The notes beneath the pieces are model-generated. The model saw only the letters and a list, made by a program, of their open reading frames with translations. It searched no databases and was not told the origin of the DNA. The position numbers and the translations under genes were made by a program. Positions 37,552 through 47,464 of a DNA stretch of 64,000 nt are shown one piece after another (the stretch's first letter is position 1; every line of letters starts with the position of its first letter). The stretch comes from a virus (lineage: Duplodnaviria; Caudoviricetes): positions 1 through 64,000 of the IMG/VR virus record IMGVR_UViG_3300023170_004399. The stretch is one strand, 5' to 3'.

Positions 37552-40500
37552 ATGAATTTAATAAACGAAACATACAAAATAATTTTATTATTAGAAAACA
37601 AGAAAAAGTTAATTAGTGCATTTCCTGAATACGCTAATGAAATTAATGCATTGCCTAATAAGGCATCTAATTGGTTGAATAGTAGATTTATTAAAGACAC
37701 TTATACAGAAGTGCATCCTATACAAGATTGTTTTTCTGTCCTGGACGATTATTTGCGCAAAGAATCTCGTGTAAAGTCAAAATACAAATCGGGTGGTGAA
37801 TACAAAGATGCCGTCGATAATTCTTTGCCAAACAAGTCATGGGAAAACCCAAATGATTTTATGAAATTATCAGTTGATGAAATGTTAATTTTAATCCAGC
37901 TTTTAGATTATAGAAAACCACTAATCGACGTAGACAATACTAGAATCCAGAGAGAAGAAATAATTGGGCGTGTGGATGATTGGCAAGTATACATGCCTAT
38001 AACACGAGCATCAAGTTGTGTAATAGCGGGGTATGATGAGAAGACATATGTCCCAAAAACAACTTGGTGCACTGCTAGAATTCATGGGTCTAACTTGTTT
38101 TACAATTATGTAGCTCGAGAAGATGCAGATATAGTATTGTTTTATTTAATTAAAGATAATGCTAGTGGACCAGAAGATTATTTATCTATTGGTTATAGAA
38201 ATGGGAAGGCTTTATTAGATGGCACGAATGGAAGTCTTAGTGTTGATGGTGACAATGTTGGTTTAACTGAAAGTAGGTTATTAGATATTCTTGGGTCATC
38301 GAAGTGGAATGCAATACAAAGAAAACTTACTGATAAAGTTGACACTTTGACTGATAGTCGAGGGCGATTGATACACCCAGTAAAAAAAGAAATAGAGAAA
38401 GCAAGAACTAATTCAGATGTATTTATGAAATTTTATTCAAATCAAAGTGGCACAGAATCAATTGACTCACTTAAACTTCTGTTAAACGCTAGTTATTATG
38501 ACAAATTTATTCACATGAAGGGGCCAATACATCCTATTCAAAGCGGTGTATACGGAAAATATATCAAGGAAGCTTTTTCAAAACTACAAAGTAATGAAAA
38601 GTTAAAATCACACAAAGGTTTTAAGCTAGATAGAAATTTAAATTTGTTAACCAACAACAGGGGTCACTATTTGACAATTGACGAAAAAATATTTTCTGAC
38701 TTGTTAAATGATAGAAATATTAAAAAAACTAGTTTTTTTCATGAAATTGATGCTAGCAATGATAATGAATTTGATATGGGTAGTTATAATAATGATGATT
38801 TTATGCATTTTTATAATGAGTATGTGTGCACCCTTTTAGCATATTGCAAACCAGAGAGTTATGATAAATGTGTGGAAATAGCACGTGAAAAAATAAGAGC
38901 TATTATTCTTGATATATTGAATACTGGTTTTAATATCAATGAAAACGTTTTTTCTAGATCAACATTGTTAAAAAATAGTGTAGGCACAAGGATAGAAAAT
39001 GATGCTGCTGGAACTAGAGAATTTTTGCCATGGAATGCTCAACAAGATATTATTGGCAATAAGTTTAAATTAAATAGTGCACTAAGAACAGAAGATATTG
39101 ATAGATGTATTACCTTTCTTAACCTTGTTTTTCTTAACGAACAAGTTAGCAAAGAAGATAAAGAAAAGATAATTGCACATCTTAAAAAAATATGTAACAA
39201 ATACAAAATGGCGTACGGCATAAAGTCAGATTATACTGTAACTGATTTTATAAATGATTTTTTCGTACCAGAAAGTAGCGATGAAAAATTAGAAAATATA
39301 GAAAGCGAAAGCTCACTAGACAAAAACAAAGAAACTGTCAAGAAATTAACTTTGAAATATGACAAAAGTACAAAACTATGGGATCCTAAAGACATTGGTC
39401 CGGCAGCTATCTTCGATGGTGGTAATGCGCCAACAGAGGGAAATTATTTAATTAATATTCATTTAGGCATCGACCCTTTTAGTTCTTGGGAACAAGCAAA
39501 AAAAGCTTCGAAGAATAAGATTTATGTCTTAACTGATCAGCCGAAAGCATATTGTAAAGATATTAATTTGTCTGTGTCTTTAGGTAGTTTGATGTATTTT
39601 ATGTGTAAGAAACTCGATAACAAACCAGTTTTTGCGCCAGCCGAAATTCTTAGTTTTTCTAGAAAGTTTGTAAAAAAATATGAACACATGTTAGAAAATA
39701 TTTTTAAAAATAAAAACATTGATATAATAATAAACAACAAATATGCAGAAGATAATAAACATAGATCATTCATAGATGAACGTATATTAGATGATACGCA
39801 ATTATTTAGTGCAGACAATACCAGTTTGGTACAATATGCTCATACTCAAGTTATGAAGTCTTTCAAACGTAAATTTGACATGTCAAATTCCATAGCTCAA
39901 TCTTCAAAACAAGTAACTGGTGACTATATTAAAAAATATTTTGCTGAAAATGAAGATGCATCAGTACATAATTTTATAAGTGATCATCCAAAAATAGAAT
40001 TGTTTAATGTTTATAACTTAAGTGCTGGAAGAAAACATTCCTTAAAAGGGAATATTCTACATGATTTACGACTCCAGAATGTGGAAATAGAAGAAACAGA
40101 GGAAAATGCAGAGTTTTTCGAGGAAAGAGACAAAAGTTTAGAAAAATTACGAAACTTATTCAAAGCTTCAGTAGATAAAGAACACATGGCTAATTGGAAC
40201 ACTGTTTACTGGGGTGAATTAAAAGAACTAATGGTTAAATTTTACAAGCACAGAATGAAAGAGGAAGGAGCGGAGAAAAGTTTTAAGAAAACATTTAGCA
40301 AAAATTTAAACAACAGTGCTTTCAGGATATTGTACTTTGAGAATATGTATAATCACATTAATGCAAGTAGATCATTTTATCCTCGAGCGAATGACGGAGG
40401 TTTAAATAACTCTGGTTGGTATTTTAATGAAAATAAATCTTTTTTAAATAAATACGTAGGTATACTTGGAGCTGACGCTGTTAAGGATTTAAACATAGAT

Positions 40501-42276
40501 AAAAAAATAAACTTGTATAAAAAACCAAACTTTAATGTACAAGAGATGGAAGAAATATTTGAAATGTTAGATACACTGAGTGCTTTTGGTGACTATAGCG
40601 AAATAAAAATGTATGCATCTCGAGCACTGATTGGAGACACAAATAAAGATAGAACATACAATGTGTTTATAAGTAAAATAATGTCGTCTATATTCCACAC
40701 TGGGACTACTGGAGGCTTTTATTCTGAAAGCTCATTTAAAAACCTTATTCAGTTTTATGAAAAAACAAAATCTATGCTTGGGATAGAAAAGGTTGTTAGA
40801 CTAGTTAATGATGGCCAAAATGCAGAATACAATGACTTTAATGACTACATGTTAGAAGGGATAATTGGTATTAGATTTATCAATGCGTTAGGTTATTTTT
40901 ATCAAAGAAGAACAGACGATCCAAGTGAAATAGAAAAGACAAGTCGCATTATAGAAGCAATTTCTAATTTTTTAAATCATGTAAAAAGCAAAGATAGAGT
41001 TTTGTACGATATATTAACGCAAGTCTTTCTTTTTACTGAAAAAATATATAATCAGTTTGTAAAATTAAATCACACTACGTTTGAATCTAGATTCTTAGTT
41101 TTAGGTCTTGTTAATGCATTAGCAATAAAACCAAAGGCAGTTCAAGATTTTATGGTGCATTATCAACACGGAGCAAAACTATATGCTAATTTAATATCAT
41201 ATGATGGAAAAATATTTTATAATAATTTAAAAGATTACGGTTTGTATGGTTTTAAATCAAGTGGAGCAAGTCGTATGCCATTGTTTGATAGTAATACTTA
41301 TTTGAATGACGGGTTTTCTATGTGGGAATATCTTTGCGGTAAAGCTACTATTACGGGCACAGAAACTAAAATAAGAGCATTTGAAAGTTGGTCTACTGTA
41401 TACGGTTCCGATGAATTTGTAGATAAGGTTAATTTTATTGACTATATGTACGATTATAAAAACTTTTATTTAAGCAACAAAAACATGTTTACGGAAGCAG
41501 TACCAGAGGATTTTTTCTGGGCATATTTTAAATTTGTCGGCGCTGGTGCTCATCAAGAAATGGCGAAAAAACAGCCGGCTAAATGGAAGCATTTTGTGCA
41601 GGACATAGTAGATAACTCAAAACTTGCGAAGGAAAGCATTAATATATTTATTAATTACTGTTATCACATAACAGGATATGGTTATATATTGGATAAATAC
41701 TTTCAATATTCTGCCAGTCTACAAAAAGATATTGAGAATCCATTGCCATATAGAATATCAAATCACGTAGAAAAAATATATTCAAGTATTTTTAACAATC
41801 CTGTAGAAGTTGAAAGTTTTAAAAAGCAAATAGAATATTGGAAACATGCTGGTATTGATGGTCACTGGCAAAACAAAAGACACCCATCAGATGTTTTTGC
41901 TGGTTCATTTGCGAGTAGATACAAAAAAATGTATGGAGCTGCTTTAGAAAATTTTAATAATGCAGAGAGCACTGAAGAATCTGATACTGCTGCGCCAATG
42001 TCAGTTGTCGGAAGAAAACCTACGACAGACAAAACAATAGAGTTAATTAAGCCTAATGAAACCATAAATATTATGAATTTACCATTTTATTTATTTTCAG
42101 ATGCTTTTATTATTTTATATGCTTTTGCCTATAAAAATACACAGTATCGTTCATTATTTTTAAACACAGTAAGTTTTGATATAAAGGAAACTGTTAGTGC
42201 AAAAGATTTGGCAAATTTAGTTTCAAATTCTACATACACTGATATTTTGATACCTAAAATAAAAATAAAAAATTGA
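37552..42276 (+). CDS. Giant protein B, paralog of A
   Basis: Start moved to ATG 37552 (MNLINETYKIILLLE); first approx 300 aa align with A. Confidence 0.7.
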   Translation: MNLINETYKIILLLENKKKLISAFPEYANEINALPNKASNWLNSRFIKDTYTEVHPIQDCFSVLDDYLRKESRVKSKYKSGGEYKDAVDNSLPNKSWENPNDFMKLSVDEMLILIQLLDYRKPLIDVDNTRIQREEIIGRVDDWQVYMPITRASSCVIAGYDEKTYVPKTTWCTARIHGSNLFYNYVAREDADIVLFYLIKDNASGPEDYLSIGYRNGKALLDGTNGSLSVDGDNVGLTESRLLDILGSSKWNAIQRKLTDKVDTLTDSRGRLIHPVKKEIEKARTNSDVFMKFYSNQSGTESIDSLKLLLNASYYDKFIHMKGPIHPIQSGVYGKYIKEAFSKLQSNEKLKSHKGFKLDRNLNLLTNNRGHYLTIDEKIFSDLLNDRNIKKTSFFHEIDASNDNEFDMGSYNNDDFMHFYNEYVCTLLAYCKPESYDKCVEIAREKIRAIILDILNTGFNINENVFSRSTLLKNSVGTRIENDAAGTREFLPWNAQQDIIGNKFKLNSALRTEDIDRCITFLNLVFLNEQVSKEDKEKIIAHLKKICNKYKMAYGIKSDYTVTDFINDFFVPESSDEKLENIESESSLDKNKETVKKLTLKYDKSTKLWDPKDIGPAAIFDGGNAPTEGNYLINIHLGIDPFSSWEQAKKASKNKIYVLTDQPKAYCKDINLSVSLGSLMYFMCKKLDNKPVFAPAEILSFSRKFVKKYEHMLENIFKNKNIDIIINNKYAEDNKHRSFIDERILDDTQLFSADNTSLVQYAHTQVMKSFKRKFDMSNSIAQSSKQVTGDYIKKYFAENEDASVHNFISDHPKIELFNVYNLSAGRKHSLKGNILHDLRLQNVEIEETEENAEFFEERDKSLEKLRNLFKASVDKEHMANWNTVYWGELKELMVKFYKHRMKEEGAEKSFKKTFSKNLNNSAFRILYFENMYNHINASRSFYPRANDGGLNNSGWYFNENKSFLNKYVGILGADAVKDLNIDKKINLYKKPNFNVQEMEEIFEMLDTLSAFGDYSEIKMYASRALIGDTNKDRTYNVFISKIMSSIFHTGTTGGFYSESSFKNLIQFYEKTKSMLGIEKVVRLVNDGQNAEYNDFNDYMLEGIIGIRFINALGYFYQRRTDDPSEIEKTSRIIEAISNFLNHVKSKDRVLYDILTQVFLFTEKIYNQFVKLNHTTFESRFLVLGLVNALAIKPKAVQDFMVHYQHGAKLYANLISYDGKIFYNNLKDYGLYGFKSSGASRMPLFDSNTYLNDGFSMWEYLCGKATITGTETKIRAFESWSTVYGSDEFVDKVNFIDYMYDYKNFYLSNKNMFTEAVPEDFFWAYFKFVGAGAHQEMAKKQPAKWKHFVQDIVDNSKLAKESINIFINYCYHITGYGYILDKYFQYSASLQKDIENPLPYRISNHVEKIYSSIFNNPVEVESFKKQIEYWKHAGIDGHWQNKRHPSDVFAGSFASRYKKMYGAALENFNNAESTEESDTAAPMSVVGRKPTTDKTIELIKPNETINIMNLPFYLFSDAFIILYAFAYKNTQYRSLFLNTVSFDIKETVSAKDLANLVSNSTYTDILIPKIKIKN

Positions 42277-42277
42277 T

Positions 42278-42493
42278 ATGAAAGAAAAGAGTACCAAAAT
42301 ACATGTTGATCATTATTTTGAAGGAATGTTAGTAGCTACTGATTATACTAGGAAAAAGAATTTAATTGGTATAGTTATTGGATGCGAAGAAAGATGGTGT
42401 TTGAGTATGAATTGTAATGCTATGCTAGTTGTATTTTTTGCAGAAAATAAATTTTATGAAGAATGGATGCACAATTTAAACATGTTAAGGTGA
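42278..42493 (+). CDS. Small SH3/KOW-like protein
   Basis: FEGMLV...LIGIVI. Confidence 0.4.
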   Translation: MKEKSTKIHVDHYFEGMLVATDYTRKKNLIGIVIGCEERWCLSMNCNAMLVVFFAENKFYEEWMHNLNMLR

Positions 42494-42497
42494 TATT

Positions 42498-43310
42498 ATG
42501 TTAATAACGAAAAGTAGAATTATTCAAATATTTGGAAATAAAAACTACAAAGCTTTTAAAAAACAATTAGCAGAAGCAAAAAGAAAGAGAAAAACAAAAA
42601 CAGTACCTCAAAATACTGGAACAGTTGTTGGTCAAACTTACACTCCAGCAAATTTTCCATTTAATACAACTAAAATTACATGTAGTATTGATAAAAGAAT
42701 GTTGCCTGGTGGCGAAGTAAGTAAAAGAATGGGTCTAGATACTTTTTTACCAATGGACGCAGCTGTAGTTGAGAGTGAAGCTGAGTTATATAGAATAATA
42801 GATTCAATTGAATACGCAGCTATAAAGAAAACTAAAAAAATAATAGGCACAAAAGGATTAGCTAAGTTGCCAAAAGGAGCTGTGACGCCAGATTCAGAGT
42901 CAGAATTTGGTGCATCATTTGCTGGTGAACTGGCAGCAGCTTTAGAGTTTGGTAAACAGCATGCTAAAAGATTTAAAGCACCATTATATATTGTTAGAGT
43001 ACCAAATTGTCAAGGTTGTTTGTGCGCAACTAGTGACATGGGGGATTCTTTTGGCGGGCGTAAAGGAAAATTTTACAAGAAAATGAAACCATTTAATATT
43101 CCTTATGACGCAGCTGGTGGGCTGACTAAAAAAGCTGATAAAACACTTAAATCTAAAGGGAAAATAACATTTGATATTCATCCTCAAACTTTTCACCCAG
43201 CATTTGGTGGTAGTTTTGAAATAGATATGACAGAAACGCCAACTGAAATATATGAATTAATAGGCGATATAGCAAACCCTGCAGCACTGCAAATGAAAAG
43301 AATTTTATAA
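42498..43310 (+). CDS. Possible R-S-E-type ART-like protein with variant leader
   Basis: KAFKKQLAE; ELYRIIDS.E..AI, GASFA....AALEF, LYIVRVP, SFEI. Confidence 0.45.
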   Translation: MLITKSRIIQIFGNKNYKAFKKQLAEAKRKRKTKTVPQNTGTVVGQTYTPANFPFNTTKITCSIDKRMLPGGEVSKRMGLDTFLPMDAAVVESEAELYRIIDSIEYAAIKKTKKIIGTKGLAKLPKGAVTPDSESEFGASFAGELAAALEFGKQHAKRFKAPLYIVRVPNCQGCLCATSDMGDSFGGRKGKFYKKMKPFNIPYDAAGGLTKKADKTLKSKGKITFDIHPQTFHPAFGGSFEIDMTETPTEIYELIGDIANPAALQMKRIL

Positions 43311-43337
43311 AATGTTATACTATGTTATATAATCATA
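43306..43337 (+). repeat. 32-bp direct repeat copy 1 (stop codon plus promoter)
   Basis: TATAAAATGTTATACTATGTTATATAATCATA. Confidence 0.85.
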
Positions 43338-43354
43338 AAAAGTTAGGGGGTGCT

Positions 43355-44239
43355 ATGATTACGTCGTATACAAATATATGTTTTAGCGAACAAAATACGT
43401 GGGAAACCAATGTAATTGAAAATTTAGGAAAACAAACAGCTGTATTTGTATGTATTGATGAATATCCGGAACAATATAGAAATAATTTAAAATATATTGA
43501 AAGTAACTGCAAAATATATATTTCTAAAGAAGTACATGAAATAAGTAAAATTAATTTATTTTATGAGCAAATATCAAAAGATTTTGATTTTTTTGTCAGC
43601 ACTCAAAAAAGAATGTTTGCGCACGAAGCCTTTTCCAATGTGCCACCAACAAAAAAATACAATATACCAGTTTTTATAAATTGGTGTGAACCATTACCCA
43701 TTGAAAAGAAAAAAGAAAATTATTTGTTAACAAAGCAAAATAAAATAAGTTTCATGCCAGGTAAAAAAAATTTTTTAATTGGTCATAGGTTAAGGCATCA
43801 CATATATGATAAAATAAAAAACAGAAGAAATGTTATTAATAATAATTTTGTTTTATACCCATCTAGCACGTGGGTGGAAGATAAAAAAAGCATATTTGAA
43901 AATAATCAATATTCAATAATAATAGAAAACATACATACCCCAGGTTACATGTCAGAAAAAATAGTTGACTGCTTATTAAGAGGCTCAATCCCAATTTACT
44001 GGGGTGCAAATGATGTTATACAAGAATATTTTGATACAAAAACTGTTTTGTTTTTTGATAGTGAAAGTCAATTTGAAAATATCGTTAATAATATTGCAAC
44101 TGATGCTTTTTACAAGAGTAATATTGAATCAATAATTAATAACATGATTATTTGTGAAAAAAACCTAGATAAGGGTAAAGATAAAATAAATCCTTTTTAT
44201 TATTATTTTATAAACAATATTTTAAAAAATATTCTATAA
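43355..44239 (+). CDS. Glycosyltransferase family 10 (alpha-1,3-fucosyltransferase-like)
   Basis: YSIIIEN...GYMSEKIVD.L..GSIPIYWGA; start moved because the ATG at 43322 lies inside the promoter. Confidence 0.75.
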   Translation: MITSYTNICFSEQNTWETNVIENLGKQTAVFVCIDEYPEQYRNNLKYIESNCKIYISKEVHEISKINLFYEQISKDFDFFVSTQKRMFAHEAFSNVPPTKKYNIPVFINWCEPLPIEKKKENYLLTKQNKISFMPGKKNFLIGHRLRHHIYDKIKNRRNVINNNFVLYPSSTWVEDKKSIFENNQYSIIIENIHTPGYMSEKIVDCLLRGSIPIYWGANDVIQEYFDTKTVLFFDSESQFENIVNNIATDAFYKSNIESIINNMIICEKNLDKGKDKINPFYYYFINNILKNIL

Positions 44240-44266
44240 AATGTTGTACTATATTATATAATCATA
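44235..44266 (+). repeat. 32-bp direct repeat copy 2
   Basis: TATAAAATGTTGTACTATATTATATAATCATA, 30 of 32 identical to copy 1. Confidence 0.85.
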
Positions 44267-44278
44267 TATGGAGAATAT

Positions 44279-44863
44279 ATGTTATATAATGAAAATACTG
44301 ATCGTGCTAAAAGAGGTAAAAAATTTCAAACGGAATTTTATAATTTAATGTTAGAAAACAAGTTAAATGTTATTCCTACTTGGGATTATTTTAAACAAAA
44401 AAATAAAAATTACACAAAGGTAGATTTAGCAAAATTAGAATTAAGAAATGGTGATATACTTTTATTTGATGAACGAAAATATATTATTGCACATTTTGAA
44501 TTATTTACTTTGTTAAATGATGATGGGCTGTTCCCTGTTTCAAAAACTAAGAATTTTATTGGTGATAACAAATACTATGTAATTAAACTGTTGTCAAATG
44601 ATGATGTGTATCTAATGCATTCTAAATCATGGAATAGTTATGCACGTAAAATTAACAAACAAGTTAATGTGCATGGTAAAGATTTTTACTGCTATAATAA
44701 GAACATAATATTAAATTTTAGAAATAAAATAAAAATTGATTGTGGTGTAAATGGTAACATAGGATCTATAAAAGATTTTGTTTTAGGTTCAAATCCTAAC
44801 AATCAAAAAACTTACTTACACAACGAGGTTAAACATGCAAACTCCAGCATACAAAGTAAATGA
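44279..44863 (+). CDS. Possible PD-(D/E)XK nuclease-like protein whose 3-prime end runs through a tRNA-like element
   Basis: GGAG SD; RGKKFQ...GDIL...FEL spacing. Confidence 0.4.
   Translation: MLYNENTDRAKRGKKFQTEFYNLMLENKLNVIPTWDYFKQKNKNYTKVDLAKLELRNGDILLFDERKYIIAHFELFTLLNDDGLFPVSKTKNFIGDNKYYVIKLLSNDDVYLMHSKSWNSYARKINKQVNVHGKDFYCYNKNIILNFRNKIKIDCGVNGNIGSIKDFVLGSNPNNQKTYLHNEVKHANSSIQSK
44736..44807 (+). tRNA. tRNA-like cloverleaf or pseudo-tRNA (nominal anticodon UAA, non-canonical A33, no encoded CCA)
   Basis: Acceptor TTGATTG/CAATCAA; U8; D-arm GTGT-AAATGGTA-ACAT; AC arm GGATC-TATAAAA-GATTT; T-arm TTAGG-TTCAAAT-CCTAA. Confidence 0.6.
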
Positions 44864-45101
44864 CTGGGTTATTTTGACACAAAAATTTGTAGTCGACTTA
44901 ACTCATATCAAAAGAAAGAAAACACAGCCATACTTAGCAAAGATAGTAGAAGTAAAACCTACTGTCAGCTTAGGCCCATGTTACGTTATAGAAATTAACG
45001 GTGAACGTCAAAAGTTATGTTATTGGGAAACTGATATAGAAAGAAAGTTTGATAGAAACGCTAATGAAGATTTACTATGGCAAACATGGGGTGATAAATG
45101 A
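44835..45101 (+). CDS. Small SH3/KOW-like protein
   Basis: YKVNDWVIL...AKIVEV. Confidence 0.5.
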   Translation: MQTPAYKVNDWVILTQKFVVDLTHIKRKKTQPYLAKIVEVKPTVSLGPCYVIEINGERQKLCYWETDIERKFDRNANEDLLWQTWGDK

Positions 45102-45319
45102 ATAAAAACATTAAAAACTATTTTAATTTTCTAATTGCTATTTATGATACTGAGATTAATATATTTTATGATGAAATAGAATATATTATAAGTTGTATAC
45201 GGGCAAATAAAAAACATTTAGAGTATCCTGAGTATGACACAAACACGTGGGTAAAATTTGTCAATAGCATAAAAAACCATTTTCATTTTGACCGGACTTG
45301 CATTTTACAAATTAAATAA
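45098..45319 (+). CDS. Hypothetical protein
   Basis: Coupled short ORF. Confidence 0.4.
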   Translation: MNKNIKNYFNFLIAIYDTEINIFYDEIEYIISCIRANKKHLEYPEYDTNTWVKFVNSIKNHFHFDRTCILQIK

Positions 45320-45361
45320 TATTTCACAATACTTATAATTAGTGACTTATTTTTAAGGGAG

Positions 45362-46915
45362 GTGTTATGTATGTTATTTCTTGCGTTAGGCTGTGTTGAT
45401 TATGGTGTCATAAAAACTGATCCAAAACAACCGACATTATTAGTTCATCCACAGCACATTGATTTTGGCCATTTGCTGTCGGGGCATGAAAACGCAAGTG
45501 AAAACATATATATTATAAATTCGGGGGACTCTGATTTAGAAATCTTGTCCCCCGAGTTAATTTCTGGTAATAGTAGATTCTCTATTGATACAAATATACC
45601 ACTTGTTATAGGCATCGATGAAATAGTGGAATTAAAAGTTGACTATACGCCTGAAACTTATGAAGCAAATGGAGGAATAGTAAGAATAATCAGCAGCGAT
45701 GAGGAAACGACCACTGTAGAAGTTACACTTGAAGGTTACGGCGACGCCCCAGTGCTAAATATAGAGCCAGAAACTATTGATTGGGGAGACATCACAATCG
45801 GCTGTGATATTGAAGAACGTATAACGATAGAAAATAGTGGCAATCTAGATTTGATAATTGAAGATCTAGATCAATTAGTAAATTCACCAGTGGATATAAT
45901 TTTAGAAAATGGCACATTGCCATCTACGCCGTGGGTAATACAACCTACGCACCAGTTAGACTTTTTAGTTTCTTATATACCAAACGATATTGGTAATGAT
46001 GAAAGTATTATAAAAATTACCAGTAATGATCCACAGAAAGCGGAATACCAAATTACTCAAAAGGGTTATGGAGAAGTTGAACAATGGTATGATGAAACTT
46101 GGGTCCAAGATGAGGTACCAGTTTTAGATATATTGTGGGTAATTGATAACTCAGGCTCAATGAACCGTTTTCAAACTAATTTGGCTAACAATACTGGCGT
46201 TTTCGTAAATGCATTTTTTAATGTTGGTGCTGATTTTCACATAGCAGTTATCACAACTGATGATCCTTCATTTACTACGATCGTAAGTAATAGTACTCCA
46301 AATGCTTCAAATGTATTGGCACAGCTTTTAATGCCAGGAATAGGCGGAAGTGGTATAGAACAGGGTATAGAAATGTCTTTTCAGTCATTGTCTAATGGTT
46401 TATACAGTGGTCCCGGGAGCCCATTTTTTAGAACAGATTCTAAACTAGTTGTAATATATGTTTCTGATGAGCAAGATTGGTCGTACAATGGTTGGCAAAC
46501 ATATACTACATTTTTTGATAGTTTGAAACCAGCTGGTGATTTTATACCGTACGGTGTAATAGGTGATATACCTAACGGGTGCCAACTTAGTAGTTGGGGT
46601 TATAACGTTGCTCAACCAGGTTATGGTTACCATGAATTAATCAATCATTACGGAGGAAAATGGTACTCTATTTGTGCGGAAGATTGGGGGATGCAATTGC
46701 AAGATTTAGCTGAAGAAGTAAGTACTTCTAGATTTTTTCCGCTTAGTGAAAATGATGTTTTAATTGAAACAATAGAAGTTACAGTCAACGGTCAGATAAG
46801 TGCTGATTGGGAATACATTGAAGATGATAACAAAGTTTCATTTTTTGAAGACAGTGTGCCGGAACCAGGGCAAACAATTAATGTAAAATATGCTGTCAGA
46901 GGGTGTGGAGAATGA
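45362..46915 (+). CDS. Lipoprotein with two Ig-like (choice-of-anchor D/ASH-like) domains and a vWA domain
   Basis: LALGC lipobox; IDFG...I.NSG..DL.I repeats; DILWVIDNSGSM, VSDE. Confidence 0.7.
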   Translation: MLCMLFLALGCVDYGVIKTDPKQPTLLVHPQHIDFGHLLSGHENASENIYIINSGDSDLEILSPELISGNSRFSIDTNIPLVIGIDEIVELKVDYTPETYEANGGIVRIISSDEETTTVEVTLEGYGDAPVLNIEPETIDWGDITIGCDIEERITIENSGNLDLIIEDLDQLVNSPVDIILENGTLPSTPWVIQPTHQLDFLVSYIPNDIGNDESIIKITSNDPQKAEYQITQKGYGEVEQWYDETWVQDEVPVLDILWVIDNSGSMNRFQTNLANNTGVFVNAFFNVGADFHIAVITTDDPSFTTIVSNSTPNASNVLAQLLMPGIGGSGIEQGIEMSFQSLSNGLYSGPGSPFFRTDSKLVVIYVSDEQDWSYNGWQTYTTFFDSLKPAGDFIPYGVIGDIPNGCQLSSWGYNVAQPGYGYHELINHYGGKWYSICAEDWGMQLQDLAEEVSTSRFFPLSENDVLIETIEVTVNGQISADWEYIEDDNKVSFFEDSVPEPGQTINVKYAVRGCGE

Positions 46916-47454
46916 TTGAAAAAAGTGAAAAAACAGACATGGTGGTTATTTTTTCAGCTTTGTTTTTGTCTTTAGTTTTGGGTATGATTGTTGGTTTTAA
47001 TATGAAATTAGTATATGAATTAAATACTTTTAAACAGTACAGCTGGGAAAATCCACCTAATATAGTCAACTGTTACGGCAAAGAATTTTCTGAGCAATCA
47101 ATTAAAAGAGCAATGACGTATTGGACTAGAAAAGGTGAAAAGTTTGGTTTTTATGAACACAGACCTCCTAAAAACTTGTGTGATAAAAAATATATCCCGG
47201 GTTTTATAATTTTAAAAAAAGTTAAAAAGAGAGATGTTCATATAAATGAAACAGCGTTAGCTGCTACAATAAGGCAAACTAGTTTTTTAAATATTATTTC
47301 ATCAATAATATATTACAAAGAAGAAAATTACAAATTACATCTATTAAATGAACATGAGTTAGGACATGCATTAGGTTATGCGCACGTAAAAAAAGCCGGA
47401 CACATAATGCACCCTTCATTTTCTTTAATGGGTCCAAATTTTTACGTTCCTTAA
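46903..47454 (+). CDS. Matrixin-like metzincin protease with N-terminal TM segment
   Basis: HELGHALGYAH plus IMHP Met-turn. Confidence 0.8.
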   Translation: MWRMIEKSEKTDMVVIFSALFLSLVLGMIVGFNMKLVYELNTFKQYSWENPPNIVNCYGKEFSEQSIKRAMTYWTRKGEKFGFYEHRPPKNLCDKKYIPGFIILKKVKKRDVHINETALAATIRQTSFLNIISSIIYYKEENYKLHLLNEHELGHALGYAHVKKAGHIMHPSFSLMGPNFYVP

Positions 47455-47464
47455 GGAGAAGTTT

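Noticed and set aside
32592-42276. Diversity-generating retroelement behind the two giant paralogs
   Set aside because: No reverse transcriptase and no adenine-specific template/variable repeat pair seen in this window
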